Sequence record: OR836606.1
Direction: 5' to 3' (one strand)
Length of the DNA stretch: 64,000 nt
Under the pieces are notes generated by a model that worked only from the letters and a program-made list of their open reading frames with translations, made no database searches and was not told where the DNA came from. The position numbers and the translations under genes are program-made. Below, one piece after another: positions 1-8,970 of this stretch; position 1 is the first letter of the stretch, and the number at the start of each line of letters is the position of its first letter.

Positions 1-951
1 GATATAAGAGTTTGATGTTAGATTAGATCTAAACGGATTAAACCCTTTAACCTTACTGTCGTCAACTAAAGAAGTCACTTCTTCTAATTTAGTGTTTTTA
101 CCATCTTTAAAAACTAAACTTTTAATAACATTTCCACCTAAGTTATTTGTATTGAAATTATAATAAGAATAATAATTATAGAATTTATAGTCAGATTTTT
201 GACTATAGTTATAAGTAGTACTATTATATTTTTCTTTAATAAAGAGATAAGCTTTTTCTTTGCGACTCTTTGTATTATTATTGTATTCTAAAAGTAAATC
301 GACATCATGAATTTCATTTATCATAGTATTGATTTCTAAAATATATTCAATTAAATCTTCGTCATCTTGTTCTAAGAAAACCTTGAAACTTGGTTTATTT
401 ATATTAGTTTCAACTTTAATAATTTCTTTTACATCCTTAATATCGTCTATTTTATTTTCTACAATTACATCTAATACATTACGACCAATTTTATCAGATA
501 ACGTTAATCCTTTATGATAATTATAGTTTTCATTTTCATAGAATCTAAATATATTATAATTATCTACAATACTAGATTTAATGAAATGTAGTAAAGCTAT
601 AGTTTCTTTTCCCACGACTTTAGTTTCATCTAAAGAACTTAAATTGAAATTTCTAGAAGATACTTGTGTCATAAAAGGATAATTTCCTATTTCATATATT
701 ACATAAATAGTGTTATTATAAGAATTATCTCCATTATTATATGATACAAATCTAAAATCTTCTCCAATAAATACTGTATCTTTAATTATTTTTATGATTT
801 CTTCAAAAAGATACTTAACATTGTATTTAAACAATTTGCTTTCTCTAATTGACTTTTTGTAATTAAGACCCATTTCTTTCTCAAACCATAATAATTCACT
901 TTCTAATAATACCCTTTCCGTTCTACTTGAGTTTAAAATTTGTTTACTCAT
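1..951 (-). CDS. Hypothetical protein, 3' end beyond the left window edge
   Basis: Manual translation gives an open frame from ATG 951 (GGAG RBS upstream) to position 1: MSKQILNSSRTERVLLESELLWFEKEMG... It is absent from the ORF track because no stop lies in the window. Confidence 0.8.
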   Translation of the reverse strand, partial: MSKQILNSSRTERVLLESELLWFEKEMGLNYKKSIRESKLFKYNVKYLFEEIIKIIKDTVFIGEDFRFVSYNNGDNSYNNTIYVIYEIGNYPFMTQVSSRNFNLSSLDETKVVGKETIALLHFIKSSIVDNYNIFRFYENENYNYHKGLTLSDKIGRNVLDVIVENKIDDIKDVKEIIKVETNINKPSFKVFLEQDDEDLIEYILEINTMINEIHDVDLLLEYNNNTKSRKEKAYLFIKEKYNSTTYNYSQKSDYKFYNYYSYYNFNTNNLGGNVIKSLVFKDGKNTKLEEVTSLVDDSKVKGFNPFRSNLTSNSYI

Positions 952-1126
952 ATCCAATTCACTCTCCATTTAAAATATTTTTTGAAATACTATTAGCTAA
1001 TTAGTACTTCACTTTTATAATATATATTTAAAAATTTACATGAAACGTATAAAGACTAAGAAATATTCATAACATTTATTTATATTAATACAAATAAAAG
1101 AAAATTAGAAAGAAGGTATTAAATCT

Positions 1127-1810
1127 ATGCAAATGCCAAAAGTAGATAAAAAAGACCTTCCAAAATTAATCGAGACAATAGAGTTAAATGTAGATGAAAC
1201 AAAGAAATTTGAAATGTATAATAATGAAGATGATATAAAGTCTGAAGAGACATTTAATAAATATATTGAGAAAATTATTAGAAGTTCATATGAATATAAA
1301 TCATTTATTAAAGCTTTGAAAACAGAAATGGACCTCACTAAATGTAAATTTATTCCAGAAGTTGATATAAATGATGATAAGAGATTGACTATTGAGATGC
1401 ACCACTATCCATTGTCTTTATACGATATAGTATCTAGCTACAGAGAGAAGTTAAAAACTAACTATGAGTATAAAAAATCATATGAAAGTTTTAAAATAGC
1501 TGAAGATGTTATTAAGATGCATTTCGAAGGTAATGTAGGAATCGTACCTTTGTCTTATACTGCTCATGAATTAGCTCATAATGGAGATCTATTTATACCA
1601 TTAAATGAAGAGTTTGTTTTCGGTAATTTTGAAGGTTTATTTAATCAAGTGGAATTAGAAGCACCACTGGAAAATAAATTAGAAGCAGTTAAAAAAATGA
1701 CTAAAAAATATGAAGAAGATCCTTCTTTATATGAATCAGAAGTTCTTGACAAAGTTAAAACTGAAATCAAAATGAAAAATGAAGTTAAGCCAAATAAAAT
1801 AATTCAATAA
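1127..1810 (+). CDS. Hypothetical protein, possible HNH-like fold
   Basis: 227 aa. KCKF...IEMHHYP...PLSYTAHELAHNG resembles a degenerate HNH motif. AACA-N6-TA late-type motif at 1071-1082. Confidence 0.6.
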   Translation: MQMPKVDKKDLPKLIETIELNVDETKKFEMYNNEDDIKSEETFNKYIEKIIRSSYEYKSFIKALKTEMDLTKCKFIPEVDINDDKRLTIEMHHYPLSLYDIVSSYREKLKTNYEYKKSYESFKIAEDVIKMHFEGNVGIVPLSYTAHELAHNGDLFIPLNEEFVFGNFEGLFNQVELEAPLENKLEAVKKMTKKYEEDPSLYESEVLDKVKTEIKMKNEVKPNKIIQ

Positions 1811-1829
1811 AAAAAAAAATAATAAAAAC

Positions 1830-1859
1830 GCCCTAACCTTAAATTAATAAGGTTAGGGC
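1830..1859. terminator. Hairpin between convergent genes
   Basis: GCCCTAACCTT / AAGGTTAGGGC perfect stem. Confidence 0.8.
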
Positions 1860-1865
1860 TATTAT

Positions 1866-3815
1866 TTAAAATACAAAAATTATATTTCCACAGTCATAAA
1901 TTTTGTTTTTATCATTTTCATCCTTTCTTTTTTGTCTTATATAGTTATTCTTTCGATTCCCGTTATTCTTTGAAAAGTTACAGAAATCAGGTTCTGTTTC
2001 CGCTATTGGCAGCATATCATAGCTTTTCATTTTATATGCTACATACGAATCTCTTTTAACTATAAATTTTAAATTTTTGTATTTTCTATTAATTAATTCT
2101 AAATCAAATTTATTATTTGTCATGGTATGATAATTATGACATTTTCTTGTTTCCTTATTATAAGAGAATACTGAAATTAATCTATTCTTATAAATTACTC
2201 CTTTATATTCTGTGTCTCCTGTAACAAATTCTTGTCTAGAATTTTCAAAAAATTCTCTAAATTTATAATAACTAATTGTATCTATTTTTATTGAATTAGT
2301 GTCTATGTCTTCAATATCAAATCTTTTATCAAACATCATTAATTCAGATAAAAATCTACCAAATTTATCCCAGCCAATTCCTTTACTCTTATTAGGAATT
2401 TCATCATCATATATATTCAGTAAATGATAACCTTTATTTTCTAGCATTTTTAATTTTCTTAATTGATGGTATTTATTTGAAGCCTCTGATCTTGTTTCAG
2501 ATGAATGGTATTTGATACCTTGAACTTCAATAGCTAATTTTAAATTTTCTATAACTATATCAATGCCATAAGGTTTGATTAAATCTTCTATTTCATAATT
2601 ATTAACTTCAAAATCTAAACTTTGAATATACTCCCTTACAAAAGTTTCTGTTATCGAGGTACTAGTAGAAGAACATTTAGGACATTGTCTACCTTTAATT
2701 AATAAATCTTCAGCTGTTACTTTAAAAGGTCCATGCTTAAGACAAATTACTTCTTGTTTTTCTTTGATAGTCTTAGGTCTGAATTTATCAATTTTATATT
2801 TATTTTTACCATGTTTACGATCAGTTAATTTTTTATAAAAGTCCTGTCTTTCATTTTCTGTATAGATATTTTTATTTATATATTTAATCTTTCTACTTAA
2901 ATTAGTATTATTATCTTCTATTATTTGATCAACGGTCTTTTTATTTAATTTAGGTTTAATAATTTCCTTTGGTTTTTCAGCTTCTTTATTTTCTTCAATT
3001 TTACCTTTATCCAGTGATTTAATATTCTTTAAGAATTTCTTATTTTCTTTTTCAGAATTAGGTATCTTATCTGGTTCTATATAATACTTTAATTTAGGGG
3101 GATTTAAAACTTCATCTAAAAGTCTTTTATTTTCTTCATTTACGTCTACTTTTTCTTTAGTTTTTTTATTTTCTTTTTCCTTCTCTTCTTTTAATTCTTG
3201 ATATATTTTTTCATTTTTATTTTCTATGAATTTATCTTTCCAACTAGTGTCTTTCTTTTCTTCTTCTGTTTCTTTTTCGCATACAGGGCAACCTTTTTTC
3301 TTTATAAAGAAATCTATTGGAGTAGTAAAGAATGGACCATGCTTTCTACATATAACTTTTTGGTTGGATCTAATTGTTGATGGTTTAAAATGACTCATAT
3401 CATATATTATACTATTATAAGTAAAATTAGCAAAATTTTTGTAAAAGAATTCAATATTTTCTTTACTTTCTTTTTTGCATTCTCTAACTTTTACTTTTAA
3501 TTTGGTAGTACTATCTATATACTTATAGATATTTCTAAGATCTTCATCTAAACCTAACTCATCTAAATTAAAAATTTTAGATTTTTTAATATTTAATTCT
3601 TCTTCCTCTTTCTTAAAGTCTTTATCTAATTTTTTAATGTCTTTAGTGTATTTTAATGTCTTTATTTTATATTCTTTTGTAATATCACTAGCATCTTTAG
3701 TTACCATAATTGTATCCTTATTTAAATCATAATCTTTCTTAAAGTCTTCTAATAAAAATATATAATTATAGCCAAACTTTTCATTTAATGATTTCCTAAT
3801 TTTTGAACCTAACAT
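1866..3815 (-). CDS. Free-standing Hef-like homing endonuclease (CxKHGxF..CPxC Zn-finger repeats plus C-terminal PD-(D/E)XK/Vsr-like domain)
   Basis: Two C(R/L)KHGPF...CPxC repeats; GIDIVIENLKLAIEVQGIKYHS nuclease motif; C-terminal IYDCG motif shared with 4599-6782. Confidence 0.7.
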   Translation of the reverse strand: MLGSKIRKSLNEKFGYNYIFLLEDFKKDYDLNKDTIMVTKDASDITKEYKIKTLKYTKDIKKLDKDFKKEEEELNIKKSKIFNLDELGLDEDLRNIYKYIDSTTKLKVKVRECKKESKENIEFFYKNFANFTYNSIIYDMSHFKPSTIRSNQKVICRKHGPFFTTPIDFFIKKKGCPVCEKETEEEKKDTSWKDKFIENKNEKIYQELKEEKEKENKKTKEKVDVNEENKRLLDEVLNPPKLKYYIEPDKIPNSEKENKKFLKNIKSLDKGKIEENKEAEKPKEIIKPKLNKKTVDQIIEDNNTNLSRKIKYINKNIYTENERQDFYKKLTDRKHGKNKYKIDKFRPKTIKEKQEVICLKHGPFKVTAEDLLIKGRQCPKCSSTSTSITETFVREYIQSLDFEVNNYEIEDLIKPYGIDIVIENLKLAIEVQGIKYHSSETRSEASNKYHQLRKLKMLENKGYHLLNIYDDEIPNKSKGIGWDKFGRFLSELMMFDKRFDIEDIDTNSIKIDTISYYKFREFFENSRQEFVTGDTEYKGVIYKNRLISVFSYNKETRKCHNYHTMTNNKFDLELINRKYKNLKFIVKRDSYVAYKMKSYDMLPIAETEPDFCNFSKNNGNRKNNYIRQKRKDENDKNKIYDCGNIIFVF

Positions 3816-3901
3816 ATCTTTTTCAACTCCATATTATAAAAGTATTTGAGATAAATTATATCTCATTTTTATAATATATATTTAAATCTATGTATAAAAT
3901 A

Positions 3902-3932
3902 ACCCTAACCTTCAATTTAATGAGGTTAGGGT
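3902..3932. terminator. Hairpin of the CCCTAACC family
   Basis: ACCCTAACCT / AGGTTAGGGT stem. Confidence 0.75.
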
Positions 3933-3959
3933 AAAAGTGCTTTATTAGTTTTTAGCCGA

Positions 3960-4400
3960 TCAAAAAAGCATAAAATGATCCACCTAGTTTTTCTTTTAAG
4001 TTGTGAATTAAAAGAAATAAAATATTTAATAGTCTAGTTTTTTAATATTAGGGTCAAAACTAGAAAACAAATTAAGTTAAAGTTAGTCAATTATTAAAAG
4101 ACCTCTTTAACAAAAATAAAATCTAATAACTAAACGTAAATTAGATATAAGCTTTAATTTTACAACTGACGATATGCCTTAACGACAGTTGAATCTAACA
4201 GCATAAGTATGGCATATGACTCATACTGTGTTTCATTTACACTAAGTCTGCAGCCTTAGTGTGAGGATGATTAATCCTATCAGTTTGTTCTTGGTGAGAG
4301 TTGAACTCACAAAATATCGATTTGTTCGATATGCTTTAACCAGTAGCAACAAGAACATAATAAATAAAGTGGATCATTTTTCTATGATCCACTTAAATAA
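3960..4400 (+). ncRNA. Candidate large structured non-coding RNA, family unknown
   Basis: ORF-free, with many adjacent stems, a 12-bp long-range pairing (3973-3984 with 4369-4380) and a possible kissing loop. Strand inferred only from G-U pairs. Confidence 0.5.
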
Positions 4401-4563
4401 AGCGCAACATTATACGGGTCGGAGGCTCATGTAAATCACTTGACGTAGAGCAAATTACATGATTGAATGAGAAAAAGAATTTACGAATATAGTAAATAGA
4501 AATATATCTATTACTATATTAAAATAGTTATTTATAAATCCTAAATAAAAAAAAAAAATAATT

Positions 4564-4597
4564 ATAATACAGTGACAAATTAATGTCACTGTATTAT
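4564..4597 (-). terminator. Intrinsic terminator after 4599-6782
   Basis: 14-bp stem ATAATACAGTGACA / TGTCACTGTATTAT followed by a long U-tract on the minus strand. Confidence 0.8.
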
Positions 4598-4598
4598 A

Positions 4599-6782
4599 TT
4601 AATAAATCATAATAGTTCTACCGCAATCATAAATTCTATTAGGATTATTAGGATCTTTCTTTTCAAGTCTTTTGCTTCGATATTTAACTTTTCCTTTAGT
4701 TCGGAAATTTCTATAATCTGGCGATTCTTCTTCAATACTAACGAATCCATATTCTTTAAATTTATATTTGTTATAAGAATCAGATCTTAAATTAAAAATA
4801 ATATTTGGATATTGATTTAAAATTAAATCAATATCTGCATTGGTCCTATAATTAGTGCAATAATTATTAGATATACCTTTATTATTATAAGAAAATACAG
4901 ATATTAAAGTGTTTTTATAAAAAATTCCTTTATAAAATTTATCTTCTTTATTAAAGAAATCTAAAGAGTGATTTTTATAAAATTCTTTTATTTGTGTATA
5001 ACTTATTTTTCTTATTTCTAAATTATTTTCTATTTCTTTATCAATATTAAGATTTTTATCACCAAACAATAGAATTTCTTTTAAGATTTTACTATATTGA
5101 TTTTTTATATGCTCATACTTGTTAAAGAATTGATCTTCATATAGATTTATTAATTTATAACCTTTATTTTCCATTATATCCATTTTTTCTTTTTGATGCG
5201 TTTTTGCGTAATGTTCATCTTTAATCATATTTGAATGCCATCTTAATCCATTTACTTCAATACCCAAACCAATATCTTCTATAAAAATATCTATTTCTTT
5301 TCTATTACCTAGTATTAATCTATTAGAAATTTTAATATTTTGATACAGAGTATATTTTTTGATAATATTAAATAGAGTATCTTCTAAACTTGAAGGACCC
5401 GCAAATTTACATTTAGGACAACCTCCTCCTTTTATAATATTCTCTACTCTAGATTCAAAATAACCATGTTTTTTACATCCAAATATTGATACAGCTTTAT
5501 CATAATCATATTGAAAATTGAATTTATCTAAAATTAGTTGATCTTTTCTTTTATAACGTATCTTATATTTATAAAATTCATTTTTCTGTTTTTGATTGAA
5601 TTGTATTTTTGCTATCATTCCTTTTTCTCTATTATTTAAGTTCTTATCTTTAAATAACTCAAAAGGTGTATACTTTTTAAAATTGGTTTTAATGCTTATT
5701 AAAGGAATGTCTTTTTTATTTAGAGGTTTTCCTGTAAAATTTCCTGCTTTTTCTCTTTTAATAGCCGCAGTTTTTTCTAAAGCACATTTTCTACAACCAT
5801 AACCATTTGAATGAGATCTTAAAGATGTTCGAACTCTACCATGTTTTTTACATTTTATAATTACATGATCTTTATTAAAATTATTAAATCTTAATTCACT
5901 ATAATCATATTTATTGTTATGGATATAACTTAATTTCATTTTCATAAATTCATTTTTTTCATCAATATTAAATTTTATATAATTCTTACGAAAATCTTTA
6001 TCGCCTTTTTTCCATTTTTTAAACAAAGATTCTGGAGTTTCTTTTTTACTAATAGATGCATTTCTTTTTATTTTTTCTTTAACACAATCAGGACAGCTTT
6101 CATTATTTCTTTTAGAATAGTGGTTTACTGCTATTATTTCAAATTTTCTGTTGTGTTTTTTACATCTTAATTTTAACCTACAATGCCTTCCTGTATATAC
6201 TGCTTCAGAATAATCATATTTCTTTTCATATTCTGGGTGTCTTTTAAAAACATTTTTTAAAAATTGTTCTTTCGTTAAAATTTTATTTTTACTATCTCTT
6301 TCTTTTTGACATTTAGGACAATCTACAAATCTTAATAAATGATTACTTATACTTCTTTTGAAGGTGCCATGTTTTTCACATTTTATTTCTATATAGGTCG
6401 ATTTATTATAACGTTTATCTAAGTCTAAATTAGGATAAGTAAATTTATCACCATATATCTCTTTAAATTTAGATAAAAATTCTCTTCCAGTTAGATAATG
6501 TTTTTCTTCATAACATTTAACACATCTTTTAGCACATTTAGCATTGCCCCATAAATCAAAATATTTCTCATGTCCTTTTTCACATGTATATTTTATTCTT
6601 AAATCTTTTTTCTTCATCCCTTTACTATAATTCAATATCTCTATACTACCACCATAAGCATTAAGTAATTTACTCATACTTTTTTCTATATCTTTTTTAG
6701 TAAATGTAACCATTATCCTTTTCATCTCCGTTAAATTTATTTTTATAATTATGAATGTATATTTTAAATTAATACATAACAA
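4599..6782 (-). CDS. Free-standing Hef-like homing endonuclease with about six Zn-finger repeats (true start probably 6713 or 6725)
   Basis: Repeated CxKHG.F...GCPxC units; KEIDIFIEDIGLGIEVNGLRWHS nuclease motif; terminal RIYDCG. Confidence 0.7.
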   Translation of the reverse strand: MLCINLKYTFIIIKINLTEMKRIMVTFTKKDIEKSMSKLLNAYGGSIEILNYSKGMKKKDLRIKYTCEKGHEKYFDLWGNAKCAKRCVKCYEEKHYLTGREFLSKFKEIYGDKFTYPNLDLDKRYNKSTYIEIKCEKHGTFKRSISNHLLRFVDCPKCQKERDSKNKILTKEQFLKNVFKRHPEYEKKYDYSEAVYTGRHCRLKLRCKKHNRKFEIIAVNHYSKRNNESCPDCVKEKIKRNASISKKETPESLFKKWKKGDKDFRKNYIKFNIDEKNEFMKMKLSYIHNNKYDYSELRFNNFNKDHVIIKCKKHGRVRTSLRSHSNGYGCRKCALEKTAAIKREKAGNFTGKPLNKKDIPLISIKTNFKKYTPFELFKDKNLNNREKGMIAKIQFNQKQKNEFYKYKIRYKRKDQLILDKFNFQYDYDKAVSIFGCKKHGYFESRVENIIKGGGCPKCKFAGPSSLEDTLFNIIKKYTLYQNIKISNRLILGNRKEIDIFIEDIGLGIEVNGLRWHSNMIKDEHYAKTHQKEKMDIMENKGYKLINLYEDQFFNKYEHIKNQYSKILKEILLFGDKNLNIDKEIENNLEIRKISYTQIKEFYKNHSLDFFNKEDKFYKGIFYKNTLISVFSYNNKGISNNYCTNYRTNADIDLILNQYPNIIFNLRSDSYNKYKFKEYGFVSIEEESPDYRNFRTKGKVKYRSKRLEKKDPNNPNRIYDCGRTIMIY

Positions 6783-6873
6783 TCACCTCATAATTATAAT
6801 ATAAATTTGAAGAATGATTTAATACAATAAAATTGGGATAATAATCATTAATTAGATTATTATCCCTTTTATA

Positions 6874-8431
6874 TTATTCTATATAACTTTCTATATCTAC
6901 TTCATTTTGTTTAATTGTCATGTCATGGAAAGATTTCATTGAGCTTGTTACAATAGCTTGAGCCACTTGGTTGACCAGTAGACCAATATTCTCAATTCCT
7001 AATTTATAAGGTAATTCTCCCGCACATTTACTACAAATATCTTCATTAGCACAATACATAGGACTTCTAAACTCTAATACTTTACCCATATAATCATCAA
7101 CATTTTCAGGAGTTAACAAAATTAATTGACCCGATCTCGCATTGTTATCTTTGAAATATCTATACATCATTAATGATGCGTTTGACTTGTCTAATGTCAA
7201 TTTAAGAAAATGATTCGTTCTACAATCCGAACCTTTTTTATCTAAAACTGTTGTTTGAAAGGCTGACATCAATTGCTTGGCTTGATCTAATTTAATTTTT
7301 CTGTATTAGTACAATACAGATAAGACTATATCTTCTAATGTAATATATTTAGTCGTTGAACAACTTGTATTAAGTTGATGCTGATTAATCTAATAAGATA
7401 CTTCCAGCAATTAATATTATTTAATGTGAGCATCAAGTTTACCCACCTTCTTGAGTCATTTATGTTAACTATATTAAAATAATACAGATCAGACTATATC
7501 AAAAACTCTATATGAGCTTAATTATATTTAGTCGTTGAACACTATTTTTAGTGATGCTGATTAACTTAATAAAGGATCTCAGCAATTAATAATTTTTCGT
7601 ATATTATATTACTATAATAAAGGGCATTCATATACCTAGTGCACGTCCAGCTGAACCAGCAGTCATGACATCTCCAAACATATAAAGTTCATTAGGATCA
7701 ATTCCTTCAGCTAGTGAGCTTTTAGCAATTCTAATTTTACTTGGATCAGCAAAGTTTTTATTGGCTCCACGAATCAATGCAGTTAATTTATAGTTATTAC
7801 CGAATGAACCACGTGAACCACTATCATAAATATCTAAATCGGCTAAACCTTTTAATTCTTCTTTACTTAATTTAATTAATTCTTTTTCAATAGCAGATAT
7901 TGCGTTTAATTCTTCTCCAGAAGTATTCAACTCTTTTTCATATTTAACTAATAATTCTTCTTTCTTTTGTTTAACCTTATCAGTAGCAGTCATCATTGTA
8001 GTAGTTAAACTAGAATTAATAAAACTAGCTATAGAGAATCCTAACCATTGTAATTTATCAATGTAATCTGACATTTCTTGTGTAGTAATAATATCATTGA
8101 GTAATAAGTTTGATAAATCAGATTGAAGCTTACCAATTCCAGAACCACCCATATCGTGATTCATATATCCTATAATTGGCCCAATTTTATTATCTAAAAT
8201 AAATTTATTAAATATATATCTACCTACAGTAGTCTTTTCATCTTTTTTATTATAAACTAAATCTTTTTTTAATGTAAATTTATCTGATGGATTATACATT
8301 GGTTCTGTATTCTGTCTAAAGGCAAATAATTCTTTTAACTTGTCTAATGTAATATCATCTTTACCAACACTTAATAATGTAGATACTTCTTTTTCGTTAA
8401 GTGTTTTATTCTCATAATTCATATTAGCCAA
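6874..8431 (-). CDS. rpoC: RNA polymerase beta-prime C-terminal subunit (probably virion RNAP), spliced, 408 aa
   Basis: Exons 8431-7634, 7456-7441 and 7286-6874 total 1227 nt and are in frame. Junctions read AGRALG|TQEGGY|QAKQLMSAFQ (bridge-helix-like region). FRSPMYC...ICSKC Zn motif. Confidence 0.9.
7287..7440 (-). ncRNA. In1: mini group I intron, 154 nt
   Basis: P1 GUGGGU/GCUCAC with U-G at the 5' splice site; core AAUUGCUG..AAUCAGC..UUCAACGACUA..AAGAUAUAGUC; terminal G. Confidence 0.9.
7457..7633 (-). ncRNA. In2: mini group I intron, 177 nt
   Basis: Junction GGT|ACTCAAG; P1 GGU/GCC; P2 with GUAA tetraloop; same core motifs; ends AAAUG. Confidence 0.9.
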
Positions 8432-8970
8432 TTTATTTTCACTTCTTTCATTATTTTATTCATATTTAGATGTTATTGAGCATTTTATAATTTTTATATA
8501 ATTAAACAATGTATATGAAGTTAATAGTTATTTTTATATTAAATATTTAATTGTATTAATTTAATAAAGATAATATAAATAGTCAATGATTTATATTAAA
8601 TTAATATAAATTACAGAAATAAATTATGTAAAAACTATAAATTTTTATAATTATGTGATAAAAAATTTGAAAATGCCCGGAATATTATAATTATATTATA
8701 ATAAAATTATAATAATAAATATATTATTCTTATAATATATTTATATAAATTAAAATATTATGAGGGGATAGTACACATTTTTATTTCATAAAAATGTATT
8801 AAGAAAATAACGAACGAAGTGAGTTATTTTATTTATATAAATCCAATTAAAATACATAACAATAATAATCAAAACTATTGTATATAGGAAATTTATTGAA
8901 TAATATTATAAAATAAAAATAATATAAATATATTAATCAATAAAATTAAATACGGAAAGGAATGGCATAA

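Noticed and set aside
329-517. Short opposite-strand ORFs in the track (e.g. 329, 1105, 3198, 5596, 9882, 11028, 16349, 16716, 25884, 25911, 28381, 29371, 31233, 59903, 62699)
   Set aside because: Shadow frames of longer genes, with biased composition and no RBS
3960-4520. tmRNA, tRNA cluster or RNase P RNA
   Set aside because: No T-arm GTTC(A/G)A.TC, acceptor stem, CCA end or GAGGAAAGTCC motif seen; no tRNA recognised anywhere in the window
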